The notes: a model not told the origin generated them from the letters alone. A stretch of DNA of 37,141 nt from a virus (IMGVR_UViG_3300020045_011693:1-37141), one strand, 5' to 3'. Counted from the stretch's first letter, positions 8,736 through 17,933 are shown. Numbers and translations are program-made.

Positions 8736-9356
8736 TTATCGAAAGTAAAACTTCTTTGGACAAAAGTACTTGACCAACGCCAGCCCCGACTCGGTGAAGG
8801 GTGACGACCAGGCTAGCAGGTGCGGAGCGGTGAGCAGGTGTGAAGCCGCTTCTACTGCCAGCAGACGTGCAATGCCTTGTCTGCGCCAAAGACTGGCTAC
8901 CCACACCATTTCGACGCACCAACGTGGAGTCGGGTCGGGTGTGCCCATTTTTTCTCCCCACTCGCCGAGCACCGACTCGGGGCGGCGACACATGGCTACC
9001 ATGCCGATAGCTTTCTGCTCTTTGATGTAGAGAAAAACGTGATATGCCAACTTGCTATCGGCTGGGGCATCTGCCATGTAGCGATACCAGCTAAACCCAG
9101 CTTTGCGATCCACCGATTGTTTTGCCGCCCAGCTCGCTTGCTCGGCAACTTTCTTTTCTGCGATTGGTGCCGAGTTATGATCGACTGCCACAATTCTATC
9201 TTCGCCTCGCACCCTTGCTACCTCCACTGACCAATCAAGCGAGGCTTCTACGCCCTGCTCAACCATTGTGTGAATGCGCTGATGATGCGCCCGATCCTCT
9301 GCTAAATCTGGGCAATACATCATGTTACACACATCACAAATTTTTACGTCTTTCAT
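8736..9356 (-). CDS. GNAT acetyltransferase with N-terminal C2H2 zinc finger (Eco1/ESCO-like architecture)
   Basis: CDVCNMMY...EDRAHHQRIH zinc finger; acetyl-CoA motif VWVASLWRRQGIA; C-terminal AWSSPFTESG; RBS AAGGAG. Confidence 0.8.
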   Translation of the reverse strand: MKDVKICDVCNMMYCPDLAEDRAHHQRIHTMVEQGVEASLDWSVEVARVRGEDRIVAVDHNSAPIAEKKVAEQASWAAKQSVDRKAGFSWYRYMADAPADSKLAYHVFLYIKEQKAIGMVAMCRRPESVLGEWGEKMGTPDPTPRWCVEMVWVASLWRRQGIARLLAVEAASHLLTAPHLLAWSSPFTESGLALVKYFCPKKFYFR

Positions 9357-9380
9357 GAAATTTTTCTCCTTGGTTGATTC

Positions 9381-9682
9381 TCTGAACTTTGCCCGAACTT
9401 CTCTGAACTTTGACCTAAAATTGCCCCAAGTTCGGCGAAGTTCGGCCCAAGTTCAGACTCTTTTTATCCTCTATTTAATTTTTTCTGACTATGAACAATA
9501 GATTTGACATTTTAAGTGGTGACGTTCAGAAATTTTTGCTGTTTTTTGCCATTTTCAGACATCTTGGTAAGTAATCTGTAGACTCTGTCTGAACTTCTGA
9601 ACTTTAAACCCCTAAAATGCAGAAAATGGAAATTATTTTTAGATCACCCCATTTTTAGCCCTTCAAAGTTCAGAAGTTCAGA
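9381..9682. other. Putative replication origin with GAACTT iterons
   Basis: AT-rich non-coding gap next to the primase-helicase stop, with about 10 (T/C)GAACTT copies in direct and inverted groups. Confidence 0.7.
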
Positions 9683-9691
9683 AAAGTGGCT

Positions 9692-12283
9692 TTATACGCA
9701 CCATTTTGGTTTGTGAATGCCATATCGATTCATCAGCCCCGTTAACTCTGTATCCTCGACAACCACTGTAATTTTTCCGTCGCTGGCACGGTCGCCACGT
9801 CTAAATAGTCCCAGTTGCTTGCTCAAAACATAGCCTGTCTTTTTGGGTGAGAATTTCATATCGGGGTCTAGGCTGGTGCCCAACGCTTCGGCTACTGCTG
9901 CCACGTTACTGATGCTCCAATCTGGCTCTATCTCGACCACTGTTGGTTTGGGGTAGCGAATATGCACCAGGGCTTCGACGACAATCGCTGGGTCGCTCGA
10001 TTGGCGATCGTTGATCAATGTCTGGTTATATAGGCGCACAAAACGCACCAACTCGTCTAGCACAGTCGGGTCATGAATGATCGACTTCAGAGCCAGTGTG
10101 ATTTGTGCTAGGCGCGGCATGATCGTGCGGTCAATGTCGGATGTGTTGACCTTGACTGGCTTCCAGTGTTTGAGGCGAAAGTCGAGCAGGCGATTGCGCA
10201 AGCGTTGTGCATCCACATAAAACTCTTCGGTTAGATCGGCTGGAATATCTCCTCGTACTTGAATGGCTGTTGTGTAATGGGTTAGACAACGGCTATCGCT
10301 AGCGCTGTCGCCAAACCCGCTACGCGCCCCAAATATCTTGGGGCCAAAGACGCCAAATCGCTTCACCTTTAGTCCGCTGTTGTCAGGCTTTGGCTCCATC
10401 CGTTTGACGCTTCCTTTTCGTTGGTTGCCCATATTGATAATCTTGGCGATCAGCGCTGATTCGTCTGATTTTGTAAAATCTGATTCATCCACGACCATGG
10501 TGCCCTTAAAGGTTTGCATGGTGTAGTAAAGCGTGGCTTCGCTGTCGCCTCCGCCAAAAATCATCGGTCGAAAGCACAAAAAGCCAATCGTCATGATAAA
10601 GCGGGTCTTGCCGGTGCCATACTCACCGAGGGCACGCAGGTAGGGCAGTGTCTCGTACCCGGCGTCGTAAAACCAGCTCAACAAAACATAGTAGCTGGCG
10701 ATATTTTCATAATAGGCAGGCACATCTAGCCAGTAGTGGATAAAGGCTCGAATTGATTTTAACAATTCGAGCTCACTGCCACTTTCTTCGCGGTCGCTGG
10801 CAAAGAGTACATCGTCACCTTCGAGTAACTCCTCGTCTCGTGCATCAATCGGCCAGTAGGCTGTGTTGCCCACAATCACTGATTGCATTTTTGCAAAAGT
10901 GCCATCTGGTTTGCGCACCCAGTAATAGCTCTTCTTCTCGCCGTCGGGCAGCGTCTCGACACACATCTCAAAGAGGAAGCCGCCCACAAACCCGCCAGGG
11001 CTAATCACGTGCCGCTCTGAATGCTGGGCTTCTTCCTCTTTGTTCGCTTCTTGGTATGCCTTCCACATGCGTTGGAACTGGCTCATACCACCACACAAGC
11101 GCTGTGCGAGGTCTTGTTTCATGTCGGTCTGGTCCATCTTGTCTAGCCCGCTGTAGATGGCGAAGAAGCGATGGACCAGGTCTTTGCGCAGGTCTTTGTC
11201 GCGCTCTTTGCCTGCTTTGCTGGCGAGAGCTTGGATGGCTGTCTGTGCGTCATCGAGTAGGGCAGAGATGGCGTTGATGTCGAGATCGGTACGCAGCAAG
11301 TCGTTGGCGTCTTTGATCGTTACATGGTTCGTGCCTGGCTCCTTGTTCTTTGCCTCTTTGGGCCAGGTGACGAGGCGGCAGAATGGACCTATCGCCAGTC
11401 CCAGATCGAGCGCTTTGGCCTGGCCAGCGCTGTCGTTGTCAAGCGCCACGTGACTGATGTCGCCCAGGGATGTATCGCCGACGGCGACCCCGCAGAGTGC
11501 GATGGCGTCGAAGCCCAGTTGCCCCAGGCTGATGGCGTCGGCCTGGCCTTCGCACAGAATGACCACGCCACGGGCTGGCTTGAGCGGGTTGGCATGGTAG
11601 GGCTGGCGTGGACCAGCTAAGTCTGCAGGTAGATTCCAGTGGCGCTTGCCTTCGATGCTGCGAGCGCTGAGGTAGGTGATCTCGCCCTGACATCGATGGA
11701 CGTAGACCAGGTGTCCCGCTGGCAGGCTGAGCACGGCTTTGGCGAGCGGATGGTCGAGCAGCTTTTCTGCCCGCAATCGCTTGGCGAGCGGCTGATCGTC
11801 ACCGACTGATAATAATGGCTTATCAGCCGGATTTGGGTTGTAGCCGATCAGTTGCGTGTTGATGGTGCCGTCGTTCCAACCTCGACCATAGCAGTAATCG
11901 AGCGCAGTCTGGTTGCCTTTGAGTTGGTAGTGATAGTGTCCCGCAGCGATATTGAATATAGTGCGGCGGTCGCTGGCCTCGCTACGTTGCTGAAAGATGG
12001 CGGCGCGCTCTTCGACGGTGAGCGGTCGCAACTCGACGCCCGCTTTCTCGGCCAGGGCGTGGAGTGCTGTGTCGAAGTCGCAGCGGTGGATGTGCTGCCA
12101 CCAGTCGAGCAGATCGCTGCCTTTCCCCTGGCTGTACCAATACCATGTGTTGGTATCTGTGTAGATTTTTAGGCTGTCGTGTTCGGTGGTGGTACGCACG
12201 CGGCCACGACCGGTCACTGTAAAATCTTCGGCGATGAGGTCTGCAATTTTGAGGTTGGCTTTGATTTGCTCGATTGGTGACAT
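9692..12283 (-). CDS. DNA primase-helicase (DnaG-like N-terminus, TOPRIM domain, C-terminal P-loop domain)
   Basis: Likely start MSPIEQIK at 12283; TOPRIM motifs CEGQAD and ALDNDSAG; Walker A GEYGTGKT; Walker B-like MVVDESD. Confidence 0.85.
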   Translation of the reverse strand: MSPIEQIKANLKIADLIAEDFTVTGRGRVRTTTEHDSLKIYTDTNTWYWYSQGKGSDLLDWWQHIHRCDFDTALHALAEKAGVELRPLTVEERAAIFQQRSEASDRRTIFNIAAGHYHYQLKGNQTALDYCYGRGWNDGTINTQLIGYNPNPADKPLLSVGDDQPLAKRLRAEKLLDHPLAKAVLSLPAGHLVYVHRCQGEITYLSARSIEGKRHWNLPADLAGPRQPYHANPLKPARGVVILCEGQADAISLGQLGFDAIALCGVAVGDTSLGDISHVALDNDSAGQAKALDLGLAIGPFCRLVTWPKEAKNKEPGTNHVTIKDANDLLRTDLDINAISALLDDAQTAIQALASKAGKERDKDLRKDLVHRFFAIYSGLDKMDQTDMKQDLAQRLCGGMSQFQRMWKAYQEANKEEEAQHSERHVISPGGFVGGFLFEMCVETLPDGEKKSYYWVRKPDGTFAKMQSVIVGNTAYWPIDARDEELLEGDDVLFASDREESGSELELLKSIRAFIHYWLDVPAYYENIASYYVLLSWFYDAGYETLPYLRALGEYGTGKTRFIMTIGFLCFRPMIFGGGDSEATLYYTMQTFKGTMVVDESDFTKSDESALIAKIINMGNQRKGSVKRMEPKPDNSGLKVKRFGVFGPKIFGARSGFGDSASDSRCLTHYTTAIQVRGDIPADLTEEFYVDAQRLRNRLLDFRLKHWKPVKVNTSDIDRTIMPRLAQITLALKSIIHDPTVLDELVRFVRLYNQTLINDRQSSDPAIVVEALVHIRYPKPTVVEIEPDWSISNVAAVAEALGTSLDPDMKFSPKKTGYVLSKQLGLFRRGDRASDGKITVVVEDTELTGLMNRYGIHKPKWCV
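11802..11830. repeat. 29-bp site copy 4, inside the primase CDS (CCGACTGATAA taatggc TTATCAGCCGG)
   Basis: Read directly; encodes PADKPLLSVG in the primase. Confidence 0.9.
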
Positions 12284-12311
12284 GGTTGCTCCGTTCTGTG
12301 TTCTGGGTTGG

Positions 12312-12779
12312 CTATTGCTCGATCGATAATGGGTCTGACTGAAAGCCATTGACGTGCAGGTCGGTGATGGCGACGATGGTGGGTAGCTTGGGTGGGCGTC
12401 CCTTCGCCTTCTTGAGCAACGGTGCAGCCGACGGGGTCTTGCTGCCTTCGACCAGGGCAACCAGGTCAGTTTCGAGTTTGGCGAGGCGGCCGAATTCAGC
12501 GGCGATCACTTCGACCAGTTCACGGCGCAGCGGTATCCAGGCTTGTGGGTCATCTACGTTGTCGGTGAGCGTGCTGCGCAGGGTTTTGACAGTGGTTTGA
12601 ATATCCATAAGGCGTTGGTTCCTTTCCCCGATCGGGGGAATCAATTTGATTAGGTGTGCGAATTCTGCGATCGACAGATAGTTTGTTGGTGCTTTGTAGC
12701 GCACTACACCAAAAGCGGCATGGTCGAGCAGACGGTTGATGTGATGCGCTACAAAGTCGGGTTTAGAACGGAATGTCAT
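12312..12779 (-). CDS. Hypothetical protein
   Basis: 155-aa ORF overlapping the upstream stop, within the early operon. Confidence 0.65.
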   Translation of the reverse strand: MTFRSKPDFVAHHINRLLDHAAFGVVRYKAPTNYLSIAEFAHLIKLIPPIGERNQRLMDIQTTVKTLRSTLTDNVDDPQAWIPLRRELVEVIAAEFGRLAKLETDLVALVEGSKTPSAAPLLKKAKGRPPKLPTIVAITDLHVNGFQSDPLSIEQ

Positions 12780-13707
12780 AACCTAAACCCTCTGGCCGTG
12801 TTGGTTCGGTGGGCGGTGCGACTGGGTCGCTGAGCACGTGCGGCGGCACGTTGACAATAAAGTCACCCGCCTTTACATGACGGTGATAAGCGAGCGGTTC
12901 GGTGATGCTCGACGTTTCAAAAATCTTCGGTGTGGCATCGAGAAAACAGGCGATGACACGATCCTTGACGGTGCCGTTGTCTTCGTCGATTTCTTCGATC
13001 TGTGGCCCGACCGCACTGGTGACGATGAAATTGAGATCGGTGCGAGTGACGACAAATTCGACGAAGTCGCCCTCGTGGCGCCGGTCATTGTAGAAACTGG
13101 GCGTGTATCGCACCATCCACGCTTCCCAGGGCTGCCAGAGACGGGCGGTTTCTGCTTCGGCCCATTGCTGGCAGGCGGCTTCGTATTCGGACATGGCTCG
13201 GCTGTACTGGCTGTATAGTTGGTCTCTCTGTTCAATCTCCTGGACACGCTGGCGCACTTTTTTGATTTTGGCAATGGCATCACGGGCATGGTAGTAAATG
13301 GTTTCATCTTCCACTTCAAGCAACGTTGTTTTCAGCTCGGCGTTGAAAAAGGTATCGTCGGAGCTGAATTTGAGAAATGCGTTTTCTTTGAGATTGTCGC
13401 TGCGATAGTATTGACAAATCTGGGTATCAACGACCGTTTCCTGTCCATCGATCACGAGGGTGACGCTGCCATTGATTCTCATGCGCCAGTTCACAGTCGT
13501 GGCATCTTGGTTTTCGGTGTGGATGGTCGTGAGGTCCAGACCCAAGAGTTCGATCAATCGGGTGGCTTCGAGTTCGTTGCGGAACTGGGCGCTTGTACGA
13601 TAGAAGCGCTCAGCGTAGGCTTTCTTTTGGGCAAGATTCTGTTCTTCTTTTTCCTGGGCAAGTCGTTCTTCTCGTTCCTGCACCAGTTGATTGAGTTGAT
13701 TGTTCAT
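12763..13707 (-). CDS. Hypothetical protein (coiled-coil segments, acidic DIPF C-terminal tip)
   Basis: 314 aa, RBS AAGGA. Confidence 0.75.
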   Translation of the reverse strand: MNNQLNQLVQEREERLAQEKEEQNLAQKKAYAERFYRTSAQFRNELEATRLIELLGLDLTTIHTENQDATTVNWRMRINGSVTLVIDGQETVVDTQICQYYRSDNLKENAFLKFSSDDTFFNAELKTTLLEVEDETIYYHARDAIAKIKKVRQRVQEIEQRDQLYSQYSRAMSEYEAACQQWAEAETARLWQPWEAWMVRYTPSFYNDRRHEGDFVEFVVTRTDLNFIVTSAVGPQIEEIDEDNGTVKDRVIACFLDATPKIFETSSITEPLAYHRHVKAGDFIVNVPPHVLSDPVAPPTEPTRPEGLGYDIPF

Positions 13708-14123
13708 GTGAGTTCCTTTTGGTGTGTTTGATAAGGGGTGAAGGTGCAGTCTTCAGTTCCTGCACCTTCACCCGGCAGCCTTGCACGAAAACCAGTTGGG
13801 CAGGGATTGAATGTTGGCTGGTCTGGTCGTGTCCCCGTTTGGAGTGTCGAGGTGCAACATGCGGCGGCTCCCCATTCGCTGCCTGTTACTGTCCCCGCCC
13901 TGCCCTGTCGGGTGGCATCGAGAATTTAATGTAGGGTTCCGCTATTCCAGTTGACTTTGCGTCCACTCCAGGAGCGGTTGCGGTTGGACGTTGCGGTGTG
14001 GTGCGATGTGTGATACAGTAAGTGTTGCATGGTTTTTGTGTCCTTTCTTGAGTGACAATTAATTGCTGTGCCGATGATCGCCCGGTTGCTTCCACGCCGA
14101 CGGGCGATTGTCTGTTTTCTGCC

Positions 14124-14372
14124 TCAGAGTTCTTCTACATTTTCCTCACCTCCCAAAAGCGCTTGGCGCTCTGCTAGTTCAACTCGTTCGTAATAACAGG
14201 CAATGCACGAGTGTCGCCCGCTAGGCGCTGCTCGGAACCAGATAACCAAAGGGCGATAGGCGCCGGTGTGTGCTACATGGCGGCCGCACCGTTGACGAGC
14301 GATGCCATCGGCGCTGAAATACCAGTGGAGCAGATCAGGCGAGAGTTCGTTCAGGTTGAGCGATAGGGGCAT
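14124..14372 (-). CDS. Hypothetical protein (possible Cys/His metal-binding)
   Basis: Likely start MPLSLNL at 14372 after GAGGTGG; contains CxxH and CxxC. Confidence 0.5.
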   Translation of the reverse strand: MPLSLNLNELSPDLLHWYFSADGIARQRCGRHVAHTGAYRPLVIWFRAAPSGRHSCIACYYERVELAERQALLGGEENVEEL

Positions 14373-14607
14373 ATCCCACCTCGATAAACTGAAACGCCTG
14401 CGACTCATTGGTGAAGGGACCGCTATGAAAGTACATTTGGCTGTCTGCCCAGTAGTAGCGGTTGACATTTCTGTGTGAACCTTCGCCGTTGCGTCCGATC
14501 CATTCGGTGGCGGTGAACTTGACCAGCGATACGCCTAAGTTGGCCGCAAGCTGCATCTGGGTTGTTGTCATGCGTGCTTCATTAGTTTGCTCTGCTATTT
14601 TGTCCAT
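14335..14607 (-). CDS. Hypothetical protein
   Basis: 90-aa ORF with AAGGGG upstream. Confidence 0.5.
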   Translation of the reverse strand: MDKIAEQTNEARMTTTQMQLAANLGVSLVKFTATEWIGRNGEGSHRNVNRYYWADSQMYFHSGPFTNESQAFQFIEVGYAPIAQPERTLA

Positions 14608-14709
14608 TTGGTTAAGCCCCTTACTTGCACTCGTCTAAAAATTTATGCTACAGAAAAGTACGTCTTTTGGCGTATGTAACAGAATGAGCTAGACTTGAGA
14701 TGGCTGCGA

Positions 14710-15885
14710 CTAAAATTCAAAGCGAAGGTTCTGGTATAGACCCTCGCTCCACGAATCGACTGGATCGTCGAGCACGTCTCGGATGTAGATGCCTGTCGTA
14801 GCTAGACTCTCGTGGTGGAGGCGTTCCCGCAACGCCTCCATGTCCCCGTTGATTTTGCGAAAGCGCTTGGCAAAGGTGTGACGGAGGTCGTGTACACGCA
14901 TTTTGCCCTCTACGCCAGCGTTGCGCAGGCAATTGTTGAGAATGACGCCCACTTGCTTTTCGCTGATGTGCCCCGTGGTTGGTTCCTCTTTGTGATTCTT
15001 CAGGTTTGATAACCCATGTACGGAAATCGGTTTGAAAATATAGTCGTCGGGTTGCATGGTGTCGGGATGGCGACCACTGGTCTTGAGATAGGCACAGATG
15101 GCGTGATAGACGCGGTTGGGTAAGGCGTCGGTCTGCTCTTTGGCACCCTTTCCCTTCCAGGCCACGACGTAGGCGCCGGGTTGGCTGGCGTTGGGGCGGA
15201 TGGCTCCCCACTTCAGCGAGACCAGTTCAGTGTTGCGGTAGCCGGTCATTAAATAGCCGAGCAGCAAGGCATAGTTGCGGCTGCCGTTGATAGTGTGCTG
15301 TTGGCTTTCGAGGTAGGCGATCAGCGTCGATGTCTCTTTGGCGCTGAGTTTGCGCGCATTGCCATATTTCTGGGTGCGGGCACGTTGGACGTTGCCACCA
15401 TAGAATGGGTTCTCACGGGTCCTGCCGGTGATGTCCATGAAGGCGGTGACCTCCACGCCGCGTACCAGTCCACGCTCGCGAATGACAAAGCTATAGAAGG
15501 ATGAGCAGGCAGCGAGTCGCTGGTTGATGGTGGATGGTGATAGGCCACGCTCGAATAACGATTGTTGCCAAGCACGGACATGAGCACTGGTCGCTTCCCA
15601 AAGTTGGACCGTGCGACTGTCGCCATGCGTGCAGGTCGAGAGGAATCGCCACCATTCGACCGTAGCCGTCTCATAGCTGCGGCGTGTGTGGTCGCTGTCG
15701 GACTTGGCTTGTTTGGTGCGTAGCCAGGCGTCGCGCAGTTCGACCCACAAGGCACGCATTTGGTCTTCTGCTCCGTGGATGCCAGCGTTGAAGAGGATGT
15801 CAAAGCTATCGGCCTTGGGGTGCGGTGTGGGCAGGATGATGGCGTAGCCGTCACTGTCTGGGTTGTAGTCGATTGTTTCATTCAT
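14710..15885 (-). CDS. Tyrosine recombinase A (XerC/D-like, in the early operon)
   Basis: Likely start MNETIDY at 15885; core-binding segment (GLSPSTINQRLAACSSFY); catalytic motifs TGYRNTE, KGK, HDLRH, LHHESLATTGIY. Confidence 0.92.
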   Translation of the reverse strand: MNETIDYNPDSDGYAIILPTPHPKADSFDILFNAGIHGAEDQMRALWVELRDAWLRTKQAKSDSDHTRRSYETATVEWWRFLSTCTHGDSRTVQLWEATSAHVRAWQQSLFERGLSPSTINQRLAACSSFYSFVIRERGLVRGVEVTAFMDITGRTRENPFYGGNVQRARTQKYGNARKLSAKETSTLIAYLESQQHTINGSRNYALLLGYLMTGYRNTELVSLKWGAIRPNASQPGAYVVAWKGKGAKEQTDALPNRVYHAICAYLKTSGRHPDTMQPDDYIFKPISVHGLSNLKNHKEEPTTGHISEKQVGVILNNCLRNAGVEGKMRVHDLRHTFAKRFRKINGDMEALRERLHHESLATTGIYIRDVLDDPVDSWSEGLYQNLRFEF

Positions 15886-15901
15886 GGTCTGCTCACTCCG
15901 G

Positions 15902-16309
15902 TTAAACAACAGGGTCGAACGATAATGCTTTGTTATCAGTCGGGGATTCTGGTTGTGGCGCCGTGCAAGGATGCACCACAGCAAACCAGTCTTCAATCTC
16001 GGCTGATATATTGACCATCGCCTCTAATCGCTCGATGGCTTCAATGACGTTGCGATATACGCCGATCTGTTCTGGGTGAAATTCGACAGCGCCGTCTGAT
16101 CCCCCTACTCTGAGCCAGTTGCGGACTCTCGCCGGGGAATGTGATCTATCGACATGCAAGGCGTAGAGCCAGTAATTTGAGTGAAGATAGCGGACTGCAA
16201 GCAGGTGATCATCGAAAAGTTTGATTGCCCAGCCGTGATAATAACTGGCCCTCTGTTGCCACATCCAGAGAGAATCGAGATAGTAACTGGGTATTTCTGA
16301 TGTGTTCAT
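15902..16309 (-). CDS. Hypothetical protein
   Basis: Likely start MNTSEIP at 16309 after GGAGG; its 3' end contains site copy 5. Confidence 0.65.
   Translation of the reverse strand: MNTSEIPSYYLDSLWMWQQRASYYHGWAIKLFDDHLLAVRYLHSNYWLYALHVDRSHSPARVRNWLRVGGSDGAVEFHPEQIGVYRNVIEAIERLEAMVNISAEIEDWFAVVHPCTAPQPESPTDNKALSFDPVV
15915..15943. repeat. 29-bp site copy 5 (TCGAACGATAA tgctttg TTATCAGTCGG)
   Basis: Read directly; about 30 bp upstream of the recombinase A start; encodes PTDNKALSF in the upstream ORF. Confidence 0.9.
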
Positions 16310-16641
16310 CTTGCCTCCGTGAGTGCTAACACCTCTTCCCGCCAACGCAGGTTGACCACAAAGTAATGAATGTTGCGCCGGGTTTTGGCGTGGGTGTGCC
16401 ACGCGTCCAAGCGCTCCTCACTGGCACCTTCGGGCACGCCAAACGCCGATCGGCAAATGGTGATTTCCATATCCGACGGATAGACAGCCTCTCGACCTAA
16501 CCCCAAGCGCCATTGATGATTCGTTCGTTGTAGGACGATGTGCAACCCACGCGGAAGCGGATGATGCAACGCGCCGGAATTTTGGTTGCAAAGTTTCAGG
16601 CGCATGGTGTGCGCCAAGTTTGACAATTTTTGTTGGGACAT
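16306..16641 (-). CDS. Hypothetical protein
   Basis: Likely start MSQQKLS at 16641 after GAGAGG; coupled to the next ORF. Confidence 0.65.
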   Translation of the reverse strand: MSQQKLSNLAHTMRLKLCNQNSGALHHPLPRGLHIVLQRTNHQWRLGLGREAVYPSDMEITICRSAFGVPEGASEERLDAWHTHAKTRRNIHYFVVNLRWREEVLALTEAR

Positions 16642-16803
16642 AAAAGCCTCTCGTGGAAGAGGAACTGTGGGGAGTAAACGTTGTGCTCTGCGCCCGGTCA
16701 CACCGGGTTGGCGGATGAAACGAGATCGGCCCCCACTCGACTCGCTTCATCCGCCAGGGTTGGCGTGAATGCGTCCCGCAACGCATTCACGCCAACCCTG
16801 GGT

Positions 16804-17109
16804 TTACCCCGCAAACACCTTGCCGTAACAGTCGGCCTTGGTGGTTTCCCAGTGGGCGAGCAGGGCGGCAAGAACTTCGCCGCGTGTGGTGAGTGGCTTG
16901 GCTGTGACCTGTTGCAGCTCATCGGCCACAGCATCAAGCGCCAGGGCGTGGTCGAGGGTTACGCCGCCGTCGATGTAAGATTGAATGGCGAATCGGATGT
17001 GATCGGCCATATCCTTGCTTACGCTTTTTTCTGCTATGACTCGCAACTCCGCCTTCAGCGAGGGTGCGCAACGTACATTGGGCAAGTATTCCGTCATTAA
17101 CTCGTTCAT
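16804..17109 (-). CDS. Small DNA-binding protein, probable ribbon-helix-helix fold (Cro-position gene)
   Basis: LPNVRC strand followed by two helices (SLKAELRVIA, MADHIRFAIQSYI); first gene divergent from the repressor. Confidence 0.6.
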   Translation of the reverse strand: MNELMTEYLPNVRCAPSLKAELRVIAEKSVSKDMADHIRFAIQSYIDGGVTLDHALALDAVADELQQVTAKPLTTRGEVLAALLAHWETTKADCYGKVFAG

Positions 17110-17154
17110 AAAGATTATTCATCCGTGAATTACCTAAAAATCCGATACATCGGA

Positions 17155-17182
17155 ATTGTAACACAATGTATTACACTGTCAA
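17155..17182 (-). promoter_or_regulatory. Early leftward promoter with TGTAwTACA palindrome in the spacer
   Basis: Minus strand TTGACA-N16-TACAAT; TGTATTACA at 17167-17175. Confidence 0.65.
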
Positions 17183-17254
17183 GTGTCAATTTTGCGAATG
17201 TCTAAAGATAATGCTTTTGTCGGATTCTATTCCGTGATGGGATTAAGATTTAGT

Positions 17255-17641
17255 ATGTTCGACGCCAAAATAATGGCTCAGCGAGTGCTGTTGTCTCGAA
17301 GAGATTTGGATATAGACCAAAAGGAACTCGCTCGACGTTCCGGGGTAAGCAATACCTATATCTCGGATATAGAGCGGGCGAAAGTTTCCAACGTTGGGCT
17401 GGAATACATGTTCGCCTTGGCTAAAGCACTTGGCGTTTCTCCGAAATATCTGCTCGGCTTTACTAGCGATCCACATGGTAATGATGACGCCATCCCGGTG
17501 TTTGATGAACCCATCGACGCGTTGACTCATGAGTTTGTATCTATATTCCAGCAGCTTAGCGACGACAAAAAGAAGACCCTGCTGAACCTGGCGAAGATGC
17601 TAAGGAGCAGCGATGAACCCCGAATTATTGGTGGTGCGTAG
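17255..17641 (+). CDS. XRE-family HTH transcriptional repressor (CI-like)
   Basis: QKELARRSGVSNTYISDIER...LAKALGVSPKYLLG is a classic HTH_3 pattern; divergent switch layout; exact start uncertain. Confidence 0.9.
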   Translation: MFDAKIMAQRVLLSRRDLDIDQKELARRSGVSNTYISDIERAKVSNVGLEYMFALAKALGVSPKYLLGFTSDPHGNDDAIPVFDEPIDALTHEFVSIFQQLSDDKKKTLLNLAKMLRSSDEPRIIGGA

Positions 17642-17794
17642 GTTGCGGTTATTGATTGGGATGGCGTTGCGTTTGAAGCGCAATCGGCGCGTGTGGTTGT
17701 GCTGGTCGGAAGAGGGTTGGCGGTTGTTGTGAGGGCGATCAGATAATCGTAAGACTCTTTCTCATAATTCAGAGGGTCGATAAAAGTGCAATCA

Positions 17795-17823
17795 CCGACT
17801 GATAAGAAACGGTTATCAGTCGG
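17795..17823. repeat. 29-bp site copy 6, both arms perfect (CCGACTGATAA gaaacgg TTATCAGTCGG)
   Basis: Read directly; the symmetry extends outward as AATCA...TGATT. Confidence 0.92.
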
Positions 17824-17894
17824 TGATTTGATTGTCACGACAAATTGATTTGTCAAACGCTTGATAAACCGCTAATTGCGGGTACGGTTACTTG

Positions 17895-17933
17895 CCGACT
17901 GATAAGACATTTAGCGTGTGTGTTATCAGTCGG
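17895..17933. repeat. Variant site: two perfect arms with a 17-bp spacer
   Basis: CCGACTGATAA gacatttagcgtgtgtg TTATCAGTCGG. Confidence 0.85.

Noticed and set aside
9381-9682. GAAC/GTTC motifs as LexA (GAAC-N4-GTTC) boxes
   Set aside because: None has the N4 spacing; the tandem GAACTT arrangement fits iterons better.
12284-12460. N-terminal extension of the primase ORF in the track
   Set aside because: It overlaps ORF 12312-12779 and is low-complexity; the DnaG-like sequence begins at MSPIEQIK (12283).
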